Shown here: piece after piece, positions 36,801-46,529 of the stretch
Layout of the letters: each line of letters starts with the position of its first letter
How positions within the stretch are numbered: position 1 is the stretch's first letter
From: Azolla caroliniana
Taxonomy: Eukaryota; Plantae; Polypodiophyta
DNA length: 64,000 bases
Direction: 5' to 3'
Assembly: GCA_043228905.1 (NCBI GenBank)
Contig: JBHGNT010000015.1
Coordinates: 7,006,001 to 7,070,000 of the forward strand
The notes under the pieces: generated by a model
Told to the model about the DNA's origin: nothing
The model's input: the letters and a program-made list of their open reading frames with translations, nothing else
Database searches by the model: none
Position numbers and translations under genes: made by a program

Positions 36801-39004
36801 TCGGACCGACTCCGGAGTTCCGGATCGTGACCTTGTTTACCGGTTGCAAATCTTGAATAAATCAGAGTGACCCATTCTTCTTCGGAACCATAAACCATCG
36901 ATTTGAGTACGGAGCATTTGAGGGCTCTAGAATCCCCATCGCCACCTTCTCCTTGAGCAAGTCGATGATTTTCGGAATATGCGCCCGTGGCACCGGAATC
37001 GGCTTCAGGTTCCACGGCACATGGTCAATCGTGAAGATCACCATCGGCTCCACTATCTTCGGGTCAGCACATCCTATTTCTTTCGATGTAAATGCAAATG
37101 CCCTCCCATGTCGCTCTAGCATCCCACGGAATCGTTCTTCTTCATTCTTTAATAGGAACCCACCTCCATCGATCCGAAGTTTCTTCCGGGTCTCATCCGT
37201 GAAGGCATGTCCGATATCCATGGACTTCCGAAGTGTCGGATCCCCCGAGACTTCTTTCCTCTTTTGTTCACTATCTACGGGTAACGGTCCCGCGACCGGT
37301 TTCACTTTCTTCTCCACGGTCTTGTATTTCGTACTTACCATTGCTTCTTCTTTGCGGAGCGCATCCGGCCCCATTTTCACAATGATCTCGTACATCTCGA
37401 CCGACTCCACCGGAATTACCCGGTTTCCCTGGCTTGTATCTTCCGCGAGCTCTTCAAGCCGTTGTAGTGTGCTCCCATAGAACACCTCTTCGACTATGCC
37501 CACGATTTCTTCGTCTTCTTTTATTATTGATGCCAACCGTAACTTATCCTCCACTTTTCGGTATTCTTTCTTCATTCCTCCGGTTACGGCTGTGTACGTG
37601 GGTGCCCCATCCGGACCGATTCGTACTTGTTTTGCACCAAGAGGTTTCTTCCTGTGTGGGGTATCAGTGCTTCTCGGACTATCACTTCCCCACTCTGTAA
37701 TAGTCCGCTCTAAAAGTCCATTCTTGACCTCTCTCTTGTTCCTTTCATGATTCGCCGGCACCGTTAGGAATTGGACGGATTTCCCTCCGTTTTGGTTCCG
37801 AATTCGTGCAAAAGCTGCACCACTATCGAGCACCTTCGTCTCCATTCGTGATGCCGTGATAAAGGGTTGCCCGAGGATCACGGAATGTGAGACCTCGTCT
37901 TGTACGAATAAATTTTGGTCAATCTCGACATCCCCGATCTTCACCGTCACATCCGGACAAGCCGCAAATAGATCTTCCGTTGCTTTAGTGGCCGCGCGGA
38001 TCTTCCACCCATGATTCATGTTAATAGGCCACTTACTCGTCCGGTAGAATTCCTTGGAAATCAAGTTTATCTCCGATCCATGATCAATCAATGCTAGCAC
38101 GGGTTCTTTGATATTACCGATTTGGACCGGAGTCTCCATAGTTGCGCGTGCCCAGTGTGGCTTTGTGTAGTGAGAATTCAGTATTTCGCCATCCAATTCA
38201 GTGTCATTCATTAGAACGGTATTTGCATTCACCCTTGGAGCGTTCTCCTCCATATTTTGCCTTTTTCTCTTCACGAGATCCACAAGAAGATCGTGGAACT
38301 CCTTCTTCGCTATTCCAAGTAATTCTCGAAGCAAAAAATCTACCCGGCTATCGAGGATTCTCTCCTCGAACACCTTTTTCAAGTCCGTTTGTTGTTCAAT
38401 GTCCGAGGTGAGCTTAAATGCCAGAATCATCTTTTCTTTTCCCTTACCTCCGGAGTTCCAGCTTTCCGGTGTCTTCAATGGACTAGCCACCTCATCCGTG
38501 CATCGTCGCTTCTCATCTACATACACTTCATGCAATTGGCATAAAGCAAACACGCTATTCTTATCGACGGGGCACTCCCATCCCGTAGCTTCCCGGATGC
38601 CTTCCGCGGTGCTTCGGATCTCGTTAGAGTCGGTTTTCTCGGTGTTTTCTAGCACTTCCGGCCAAAAAGACACCTTTGCTCCCGATGACTCCCCGACACG
38701 TATTCCCGCGGTTGTCGCATAATTGTCTTTCGCTGCGATCTCCTCCTCTAGGACCTTCTTCATGCCGCCTTTTCGGAAGTTTGGTCGAAGTGGCTTCCGA
38801 GAATCCATTGAATGAATCTGATTTCCCTTGTAGTAGATAAGATCCCGTCGTAACGCCTCCTTGTGCTCGTCGCAATCTCTCCGATCATGTTCGGTGCTAT
38901 CGCACCATATGCATCGACGGTCCATATACTTGGAACTTGTGGGACGGTCATCCGACTTCTTCACCATCGTGATTTTTAGATTCTCCATCTCCTTCAACAA
39001 TTGT

Positions 39005-41433
39005 TGTTACCCGTTCCTTTGGGTGAACACCTTCGATAGATCTTCAGCTATCGGTATTCAAGGGCGTGGTACGTGAAGGCTCGTAACATAGGCGTCGTGA
39101 GGGAGAAAATGATCAGAGATAAAACACTAGCGAGATCTTGATAGGCGTGGGCGGTGCGGAAATCATAGGTATGAACCAAAGCACAGACACATGGAGCAAA
39201 ATGGTCACAAATCAGATATATTACTATCTCCTCCTCCCATTCTTGGCAGGTCTCGGAAACTGCCCTTTTTTGTTGGGGTTGGGTGGGTGGTGGTGCAAAT
39301 GCGGGGTTTTGGTCGGCGGCAAGAGGTGAAGGCGATGTGGGCTCCTCCCATGCTTCGTGGTTGATGGCAACGAATTTCTCTCTCTGCCTTCGTGGTGGTG
39401 GTGGGGACGTGAGTGTGCGAGGGGAAGGAAGAGAAGAGGGTGGATATAGAACCATCAAAAAGTGGGTAAGAACAGACAACATCTTCTTACCGGACTGGAA
39501 TGAGGCTAAGGCGGCGCGGAGTCCTTCGCCTGTGATGATTCCCCAATCGACTCTGTTTCCTTCATACGCGCTGATGATGATGGCTGCCTTGTTCTGCGGC
39601 ATGCTCGTCGGGTTCGTATGCACGAACGCATACTCCATCAATATACGAGCAATCTCCCCGAAAGCTCTGTTGGGACCGCCATACGTGCGATATGCCTTCC
39701 CTGAGGCTGAGTACTCACCGAAGTACTCTTTCAGCTTCGATGCTGGGGGTATGTCGACCTCATGGTCCCCTCCCCGTTGCAGGTCCAAAACAGCCCGAAG
39801 CATGTTGTTAGTGATGGCTTCGGGACAAATATGTTTAGCCACTCCTTGGGCATCTGGGTGCGGGGGGGCATCGTTGATCTTCAGGTAACCGCCAATTCCT
39901 CGTTCCTGGAGCCAGGCGCGGGTTTCTGTTGAAGCGGTAAGAGGCATGGTGGAGATGTAAACGGGGTTTGACTGTGTGGAAGAGTGAAGAAGAGTGATGA
40001 GGCCAGGGCGAGACAGAGAAGGAACAACAGGAAGGGGAAGTTCAGCAGAGGGGCTATGAGAGCAAGAACGTTTAGAGCGATGAGAGCGAGAAGGGGCTTC
40101 TGAGCTTGAGAGCGATGGAGATTGGGAGCGATAATGAACTTCTGTGTCTGTGCTGAGTTTTGGAAACGGTTTTAGTAACTTACTCCTAGGTTTTTGTGCC
40201 CGAAGCGAATCCTGAAGATTCTGAGTCATGGGTGCCATAATAAGTGACTAGCGCCACGAGTCCTGAAGGTGAGTGGGGTGCATCTAGTGCTTTGCATGTG
40301 CTTAAATAGGTACTAAATGAGTGGTGGCGAGGGGTGCTCCTAAATTTGTGGGTGCCTAGGTGGGTGGTGTAGGTGTAGCTAATCGGTGGCTAAACTATGG
40401 TTAATCCTACCTACTTTATTAATTTCAAGAAGGTGGGTGAGTCCTTATTCAGGGGGACATTGAGACAGCCCGGATGGAGCAGGAGATGACTGAACCAAGA
40501 AAACTAAGGAAGAAAGGAAGAAGAAGAAGACAAAGCATTGTTTCTGTCGCAACAGAGATGGAAGAGAAGGAGAAGAAAGAAGAGCAAAGAGCAAAGAATG
40601 AAGAAACCGAAAACTAAAAAGAAGAAGAGAAAGGGAAGGGCATCACCGAGAATTTCAGAAGTTTGAGGGCACGATGGAAAATTTCAAAAACCAAACTGAA
40701 GAAAGTTAAAAACAAAAAACATAAGGGTAGCTATTAAAATTTCAAAAATTGAGGCTACGACATAGAAGTTCGGAAACCGAATGGCTCAAAACTGACTACC
40801 ACTCCCAATAATGTAGAAATACATATATATATACACCCACAATCTTTTTAAACCCTTAATGACTTTATCACAATGGACGAGCCGATTGGTGTATGATCCA
40901 ATCGTGCGTTATGCTGACAGAACGAGAAGGTTCGTGTCAAGCCAGCTCTGATCGAAGTTATCGATCATCGAGAAGTGTTCCGGTCGAGGGATTTCTGACC
41001 GTCGAGAGAAGATCGTTGAAATTTCCGGTCAATAATTTTTTCGCATGGGCTTTGTGGGATCGACGTGCAAAGCACTGTCCCACGGGCGTGCCAGGTGTTA
41101 CCCATATAGGTATACAGGAGGGTTAAGTGTAATGTGAAAGGTGTAATGTGGAATATGAAATGTGAATGTGTGAGTGTGTGAGTGTTAGGTGAGGTAAGTA
41201 GGTGTACCTACGTCCATTCGGCTTTTTGTAAGGATCTTATATAAATCCTCACTCATGGGGCATGAAAATATGGAATATTGAAGTTACCCACAAACTGTGT
41301 CTGTCTTGATTCTCTCTCTCTCTCTCTCATTCGTTCTCTCTGTGCATCTCATCTCTCCCTCTCTCCTCTCACACTCGAACCCCCTTGGGAGGGGGGTGGA
41401 ACCGATCTTGGCTCCACCCCCCACCCATAAACA
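39005..41433 (+). mobile_element. 2.4-kb LTR-like insertion (TGTT...AACA, TSD ATTGT/ATTGC) in the gypsy gag
   Basis: Removing it restores gag ...DATTVEQL|LKEMENLK; TATA-like TTATATAAAT ~41237 and (CT)n near the 3' end. Confidence 0.8.
39048..40238 (-). CDS. 396-codon ORF inside the LTR-like insert, homologous to the N-domain of the gypsy extra ORF at 4524
   Basis: Shared motifs DAPPH, EYFGEYS.S.KAY RT.GG, FGE.AR..MEY.FV, AYEG...DW, GKK, L.VL.PP; first ATG a few codons in. Confidence 0.65.
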   Translation of the reverse strand: MAPMTQNLQDSLRAQKPRSKLLKPFPKLSTDTEVHYRSQSPSLSSSEAPSRSHRSKRSCSHSPSAELPLPVVPSLSRPGLITLLHSSTQSNPVYISTMPLTASTETRAWLQERGIGGYLKINDAPPHPDAQGVAKHICPEAITNNMLRAVLDLQRGGDHEVDIPPASKLKEYFGEYSASGKAYRTYGGPNRAFGEIARILMEYAFVHTNPTSMPQNKAAIIISAYEGNRVDWGIITGEGLRAALASFQSGKKMLSVLTHFLMVLYPPSSLPSPRTLTSPPPPRRQREKFVAINHEAWEEPTSPSPLAADQNPAFAPPPTQPQQKRAVSETCQEWEEEIVIYLICDHFAPCVCALVHTYDFRTAHAYQDLASVLSLIIFSLTTPMLRAFTYHALEYR

Positions 41434-42183
41434 ATTGCTCCACCGTAGTTGCATCGATTCCCTTCTCAGTCGTAGCTTCCCGAGCCCGCGGTTGATGGTC
41501 TTCCGATCCGGATCTCGGTTTCGGAATCGGTTCCGAAACCCTCTTTTCTTCGTTGGCAAGCCATTGCCCCCTCTTTGTGTATCGCGCGACGATATCCCGC
41601 ACGCTTTCCCATGTTTCGGTGAGGCCACTCTCGGTATTCGTGTCCTCTAGAAGCACTCCAAGATCCTTCCGGTCCCGGACGTCGTAAGAACATGATAACT
41701 TTGTCCGGTGCGAGGATAGCTTGATCTCTCGCAGACAACCTCCCGAACCGACTTCCGAATGCCGAAAACACATCGAGGACCTTCATCCCCTTGTCCGGCG
41801 TTTCTACCCAATCCTCGAATCCTCTCCGCGTTGCCTTGGAGGAGTCCTCGATAGCGAACGTGGTCTTTAGCGCCTCTTCAAACGCTTCCCACGTCGGATT
41901 TTGTTGTCGTAGCCCGTGGATACTTGCTTGAAGCCCATCGGTAGCCACCCAGTTGAAGGATGCCACTTGCAGTCCTTCCGAAATCCCGCACCGTAGCATT
42001 TCCACCTTATAGTCCCGAAGATAGCGTGATACGTCCTTTCCGTTGAATTGCCCGATCCGTTGCACGAGCCGCTCTACTGCCGCCGCTATCTCCGACATCG
42101 CACGTTGTTCCTGAAGCATCCGCTCAAACATCATCATCATGTTGTTAGCCTCCGGTTGATTTTCCATCTCCTTGCCACCCGTG

Positions 42184-42201
42184 TTCACGTCGGGTTCACC
42201 A
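42184..42201 (-). other. Primer binding site complementary to tRNA-Trp
   Basis: Plus-strand TTCACGTCGGGTTCACCA equals the 3' 18 nt of plant cytosolic tRNA-Trp as recalled; 4 nt from the LTR. Confidence 0.8.
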
Positions 42202-43554
42202 CTTGTGTCATGCCTTACGGCTCCGGATCATTGTGTGAGTTGGGTGGGAACCGCTGAGGTTTTGGACTAGGAGGAAAGAAAATTCTAAGGCAATTAAGAA
42301 TATGAAATATATTGTAAGAAAGAAAGATATGAAAACCTCGTGAATCCCACGAGTATAGTGTATTAGTGAGTAATTAAATTAAGAGAGAATAGTTAGCAAA
42401 TTCGTGAATCCCACGATTATCTTATATTAATCAACCCTTGTAAAATAATCAACAACCTCTATACATCTTTCTCTCTTCCTTATATAGTGTTGGAAGAGTC
42501 TAAGTTTATCACAAGCAAGCATCATGCTTTTTCTATCTTTAGTTTTCATGCACACTGCATGTGCATGATTAGTTTTCTATCTCATCTTTTCTTTTTAACT
42601 TGAGTGTCTATGCATGAATAACTTTTGTACCATGCATGTCAGGAAATTTTACATGGAATAAAGTTTAGTATAACTTTAAAATTCATAATACCCTACTATA
42701 ATGATAAAGCTTAACATTATTAACATGGAGGTGCAAGGTTCGAATCTTGCCCTATGCATGTAATATATATATTTTTAATACTTTCTTCTATTTACAAATA
42801 CATCTCTTCATCCGGTGAGACTCTCACTGGCCTTTTTCATCCGGCTCTTTCCGGTTCTACTTCATCCGGTGCTTGATAGTTTTCTTTGTCCGGTTCTTAC
42901 CGGGACCTCCTTACCGATCTCTTCGTCCGTTTCTCACCGACTCTCACCGGCCTTCTTCATCCGGCTCTTGCCGGGTCTCCTTGCCGGTTTCAGTCCTTAC
43001 CGGTTCCTTCTTCCGGTTCTCACCGGGTACTCCATGTCCTATCCGGAGAGACCAAAAATGTAATTTTTCACGTAGTGTACGAATTACACTACGACAACGT
43101 TTTGGGAGGAGACTATCGCCAATTTTCCTTCGAAGCTCTTCATCTTCTTATTCACCACTTCTCTTCATCTCATACCCCTTCATTCCCTCATCGCCACGTG
43201 CTCGTCTTCTTCACGTCGGCACTTGAAGTGCTCGTGAGCCCAAGCTTCATTGGTTCGACGTTGCTCCTCCCCGTTCGTCGTTGCAAGCCCGTGTGCTCGC
43301 CGTTCGGGTGGTAGTGGTTCGTTGGGATTAGCATTTTGGTGGTGCTCGTGTGTTCATCTTCGCCGTGTTCGGATTTGCTTTTGTCTCTAAGGGCATTTAA
43401 TATTTATGTTTTAATTGAGCTTGTGGTTAACTATAAGTTTCCATTGTAAACAAAACCCTATTTTATAAAGGGTCCTCTTGTGTTGGAATCGAACACGTAT
43501 TTATCTCTTTGGTCGATATCATTCGTGTTTCTTTCTCTCCTTCTTTCTTTATTC

Positions 43555-44160
43555 GTGTCTTCCTTGTACGTTCGGTCGTCCTGTGACGAGGGGACGGTTC
43601 GGGCTTGCCCATGCACCTCTCCTCCTCATAAAGGCGTACGAGCATTTTGTGCGTGTGTTTGTGTCTTTCTTGTACGTTCGGTCGTCTTGTGACGAGGGGA
43701 CCGTTCGGGCTTGCCCATGCACCTCTCCTCCTGATAAAGGCGTACGAGCATTTGTGTGTGTGTTTGTGTCTTCCTTGTACATTCAGCCGTCTTGTGACGA
43801 GGGGACCGTTCGGGCTTGCCCATGCACGTCTCCTCCTCATAAAGGCGTACGAGCATTTGTGTCTTCCTTGTACGTTCGGTCGCCTTGTGACGAGGGTGTG
43901 TTTCGGGCGTGCCCATGCACCTCTCCTCCTCATAAAGACGTACGAGCATTTTGTGCGTGTTTGCGTCTTCCTTGTACGTTCGGCCGTCTCATGACGAGGG
44001 ACTGTTTCGGGCTTGCCCATGCACCTCTCCTCCTCATAAAGGCATACGAGCATTTTCTGCGTGTGTTTGTGTCTTCCTTGTACGTTCGGTCGTCTCGTGA
44101 CAAGGGAGCGTTCGGGCGTGCCCATGCACCTCTCCTCCTCATAAAGACGTACGAACATTC
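43555..44160 (+). repeat. ~6 x ~105-bp tandem repeat within the solo LTR
   Basis: GTGTCTTCCTTGTACGTTCGG...GGCGTACGAGCATTT repeated at ~43555, 43661, 43766, 43859, 43963, 44069. Confidence 0.9.
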
Positions 44161-44220
44161 GTGTTTGTGTTATCGTCCCCTTGTGCGTTCATGTTGCGTG
44201 CTCATCTTGCTTGTACCCAT

Positions 44221-44664
44221 TTGGTCACTTGGCTCATGCAGTGATCTCGGAAGGTCGACGAGTCGTGATCAACGAGAGCCACCGGCCTCACAAAACAAAA
44301 GGACCACGAGACCTTGCTCGGGAAGGGGTCGGGAAGTAGTATTGTCGTAAAGCAAACCTCGGGTCTTCTCTATCCCTTGAGTACTCCCTAGTCCAAGACC
44401 CCCGTGGTCCTGCCCAAGTAACACACGTGCACGAAACTTCGCTTTGGTCACTTGGCTCATGCAGTGATCTCGGAAGGTCGACGAGTCATGATCAACGAGA
44501 GCCACCGGCCTCACAAAACAAAAGGACAATGAGACCTTGCTCGGGAAGGGGTCGGGAAGTAGTATTGTCGTAAAGCAAACCTCGGGTCTTCTCTATCCCT
44601 TGAGTACTCCCTAGTCCAAGACCCCTGTGGTCCTGCCCAAGTAACACACGTGCACGAAACTTCG
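44221..44664 (+). repeat. 2 x 223-bp tandem duplication of the LTR 3' end
   Basis: TTGGTCACTTGGCTCATGCAG...CACGAAACTTCG at 44221 and 44444. Confidence 0.9.
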
Positions 44665-46080
44665 TGACACCGGTATTTGAAAGGCACCTCGAGTAAGTGC
44701 CTCCAGTTTGGCTTCGGTAAACCCCAACTTGAAGGGGGAGTTTGTTGGGAATTTGGTCCCTCCGGATGGGATCCGGATGAGAACCGGACGAGCTAGATGA
44801 AGGAACCGGATCCGGAAGGGTTCCGGATGAGACCCGGAAACCGGATTGAGTGAATCTGGATGGATCCGGTGCAAACCGGATCCAAAGACATATGTGTAAA
44901 TATGTTTCATAGTGAGCCCATTGAGGCTATATTTGTAAATAGCCCAAAATTCATATAAGTATAAATATGACTTAGGGCAATCACTTTATGTACTGAAGTG
45001 AGGTGGTTATTGTTAGGTGTAGTATATTATTGTATACAGAGAGAGAGAGAGAGAGAGATACATAACTAGTTTTCTATTGTAACTGCCAGTTTGGCAAAGA
45101 CATAGAGCTTGAGGTCGTTGCCTTTCAGTCTCACATTGTATTCCTCCTCTCATAGTGATAGTTGGAGTCTGTGGGCTCTCGTGGTTTTTCCCATTTAGGG
45201 TATTTCTACTTTGTCGATTGGCTTGTACAGGTCTTTGACTATGAGAAGGTCCTCCATCTTTATCTTCCAATCTATATAGTTCTAAGAGTGTAGAATCATC
45301 ATGCTTGGGAAGCCACTCACACCTCCTTCCATCTCTTCACCTTCTGCTCTAATACCAATTTGTAGGGTTTCCAAACCCTGAGATTCATAGGAGGGTTCAA
45401 CTAGAAGATACACAATAGTACGAAATAAAACATCAAATGCACGATACATAGTGTTTAATGTGGAAACCCTAAAATGGGGAATACCACGGGAGAAATCAGA
45501 GATCCACTATACAAGAGAATACAGAAAACGGTTACAATCTTCTCTGATACACGTAGAAGATAACCCGCTTAGGGTTCTTAGCAAGTTCGTTGAACTTTGT
45601 TGCCGCTCTCTGTCTCTCACACTCTCTCTCTCGTCTTTGTCGCACTATACAACAGAGGCTCACAATTATTCTGTTCAACACGCACTATGTTTGCCCTAAG
45701 TGTATTTATACTTATACACTATATGGGATATTTACAAATGTAGCCACTACTACTGTCATTCCTATTATAACAATAATAGTTATTCAGTCGACTCCAATGT
45801 CGATTGTCCAGTCGGCCTTATCTTCAACCATCCGGTCAGCCCAACTAGTTAGTCGTGTCTTCAACGGGGACTCTCCTACTGTCGACTCCCCCAGCCGACT
45901 CTTCATGTCTTCGATTGTCGGCACTCGACCCGACCAGTCGCCTGCTCCCATAGGAGGGACATATTCAACTATAAATTTTGAATTTCACAAACGATAATAA
46001 TATGTGCATTCATATTAAATCATGGAAGGAACTACAATGCGAGGTTCAAGGAGAAATATGGCAACAACATGGAAGTGGTA

Positions 46081-46142
<62 letters not shown>
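46081..46142. repeat. (GT)n(AT)n compound microsatellite
   Basis: Directly visible. Confidence 0.95.
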
Positions 46143-46146
<4 letters not shown>

Positions 46147-46529
46147 ATGTATGTATGTTAGTCATATGTATGTGTGCATGTATGATGTACATGTATAGTG
46201 GTGGATGACGATGAGATAGTAGTAGAAGTAGTAGTAGTAATAATAAAAATGGATCAAGTAATTAATTAAGTATTGACAGAGATGAGGAGGAGGGGTATGA
46301 TGAATTGATGGTGAGCAGATGATGAATTCATGGGGGCGCTAATGATGATGATGATATGATATATGCCACCAATCTATGTGGTGGTGGTGGTTGTAAGTAA
46401 GTGACGGTTGCAGCGGCCCCGGGGTGGGGAGGAAGTCAAATCTGAGGAGGAGGAGTCTTGTTCTTGTTCATGGTCGTGTTCGTGGTCTTGGTCTTGGGAT
46501 TCTTGGGCGAGCACTTGGGCATGGGCTTG

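Larger units (their letters stand above)
34179..42188 (-). pseudogene. Gypsy gag-pol (Gag, CCHC, protease, RT, RNase H, integrase) with stops and frameshifts, interrupted at 39005-41433
   Basis: CIWCDSTEHDRRDC; LIDHGSEIN; LPQGATNS, FLDDIP; VDTSP, ETDCLP; ADRGE, YNPEANGKVE; KRWFGPY. Confidence 0.9.
32507..43096 (-). mobile_element. Full-length degenerate Ty3/gypsy (Phygy/Selgy-like, DUF4100-type gag) with tRNA-Trp PBS and 4-bp TSD ACGT
   Basis: ~891-bp LTRs 32507-34122 (minus a nested solo LTR) and 42206-43096; ACGT at 32503-32506 and 43097-43100; PPT complement CTTGCCCCCTCC after 34122; lineage label from recalled motifs. Confidence 0.9.
32085..44669 (+). mobile_element. ~2-kb gypsy-type solo LTR (32085-32506 + 43101-44669) with 4-bp TSD CCGG
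   Basis: Ends TGTCGTGA...TCGTGACA; CCGG at 32081-32084 and 44670-44673 restores the copia RT frame; TATA CCTATAAAAGG ~32466. Confidence 0.8.
28045..45200 (+). mobile_element. Degenerate Tnt1-like copia related to the intact element, split by the 32085-44669 insertion
   Basis: 5' LTR 28045-28617; PBS 28621-28632; pol broken at KWILR|YLKGT (32084/44674); PPT GAAGGGGGAG 44731-44740; truncated 3' LTR 44743-~45200. Confidence 0.9.
25868..45970 (-). mobile_element. Old Tnt1-like copia: degenerate gag-pol 25868-28009; gag start, PBS and 5' LTR at 45200-45970; outer host of the nest
   Basis: WVIDSGAS, ELVHTDVC, LRVFGCL, VKGFQQKKGVDFDEIF, LKKSLYGLK; gag N-terminus NYIDWKIKMEDLLIVKDLY at ~45200-45335; PBS complement GCTCTAATACCA 45346-45357; LTR from 45361. 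Joining the two parts is inferred. Confidence 0.7.

Noticed and set aside
42184-42201. tRNA-Trp gene
   Set aside because: Only the 3' 18 nt including CCA are present next to an LTR, so it is a primer binding site
43463-44350. 231- and 290-aa repeat proteins
   Set aside because: Translations of the ~105-bp tandem repeat in several frames on both strands
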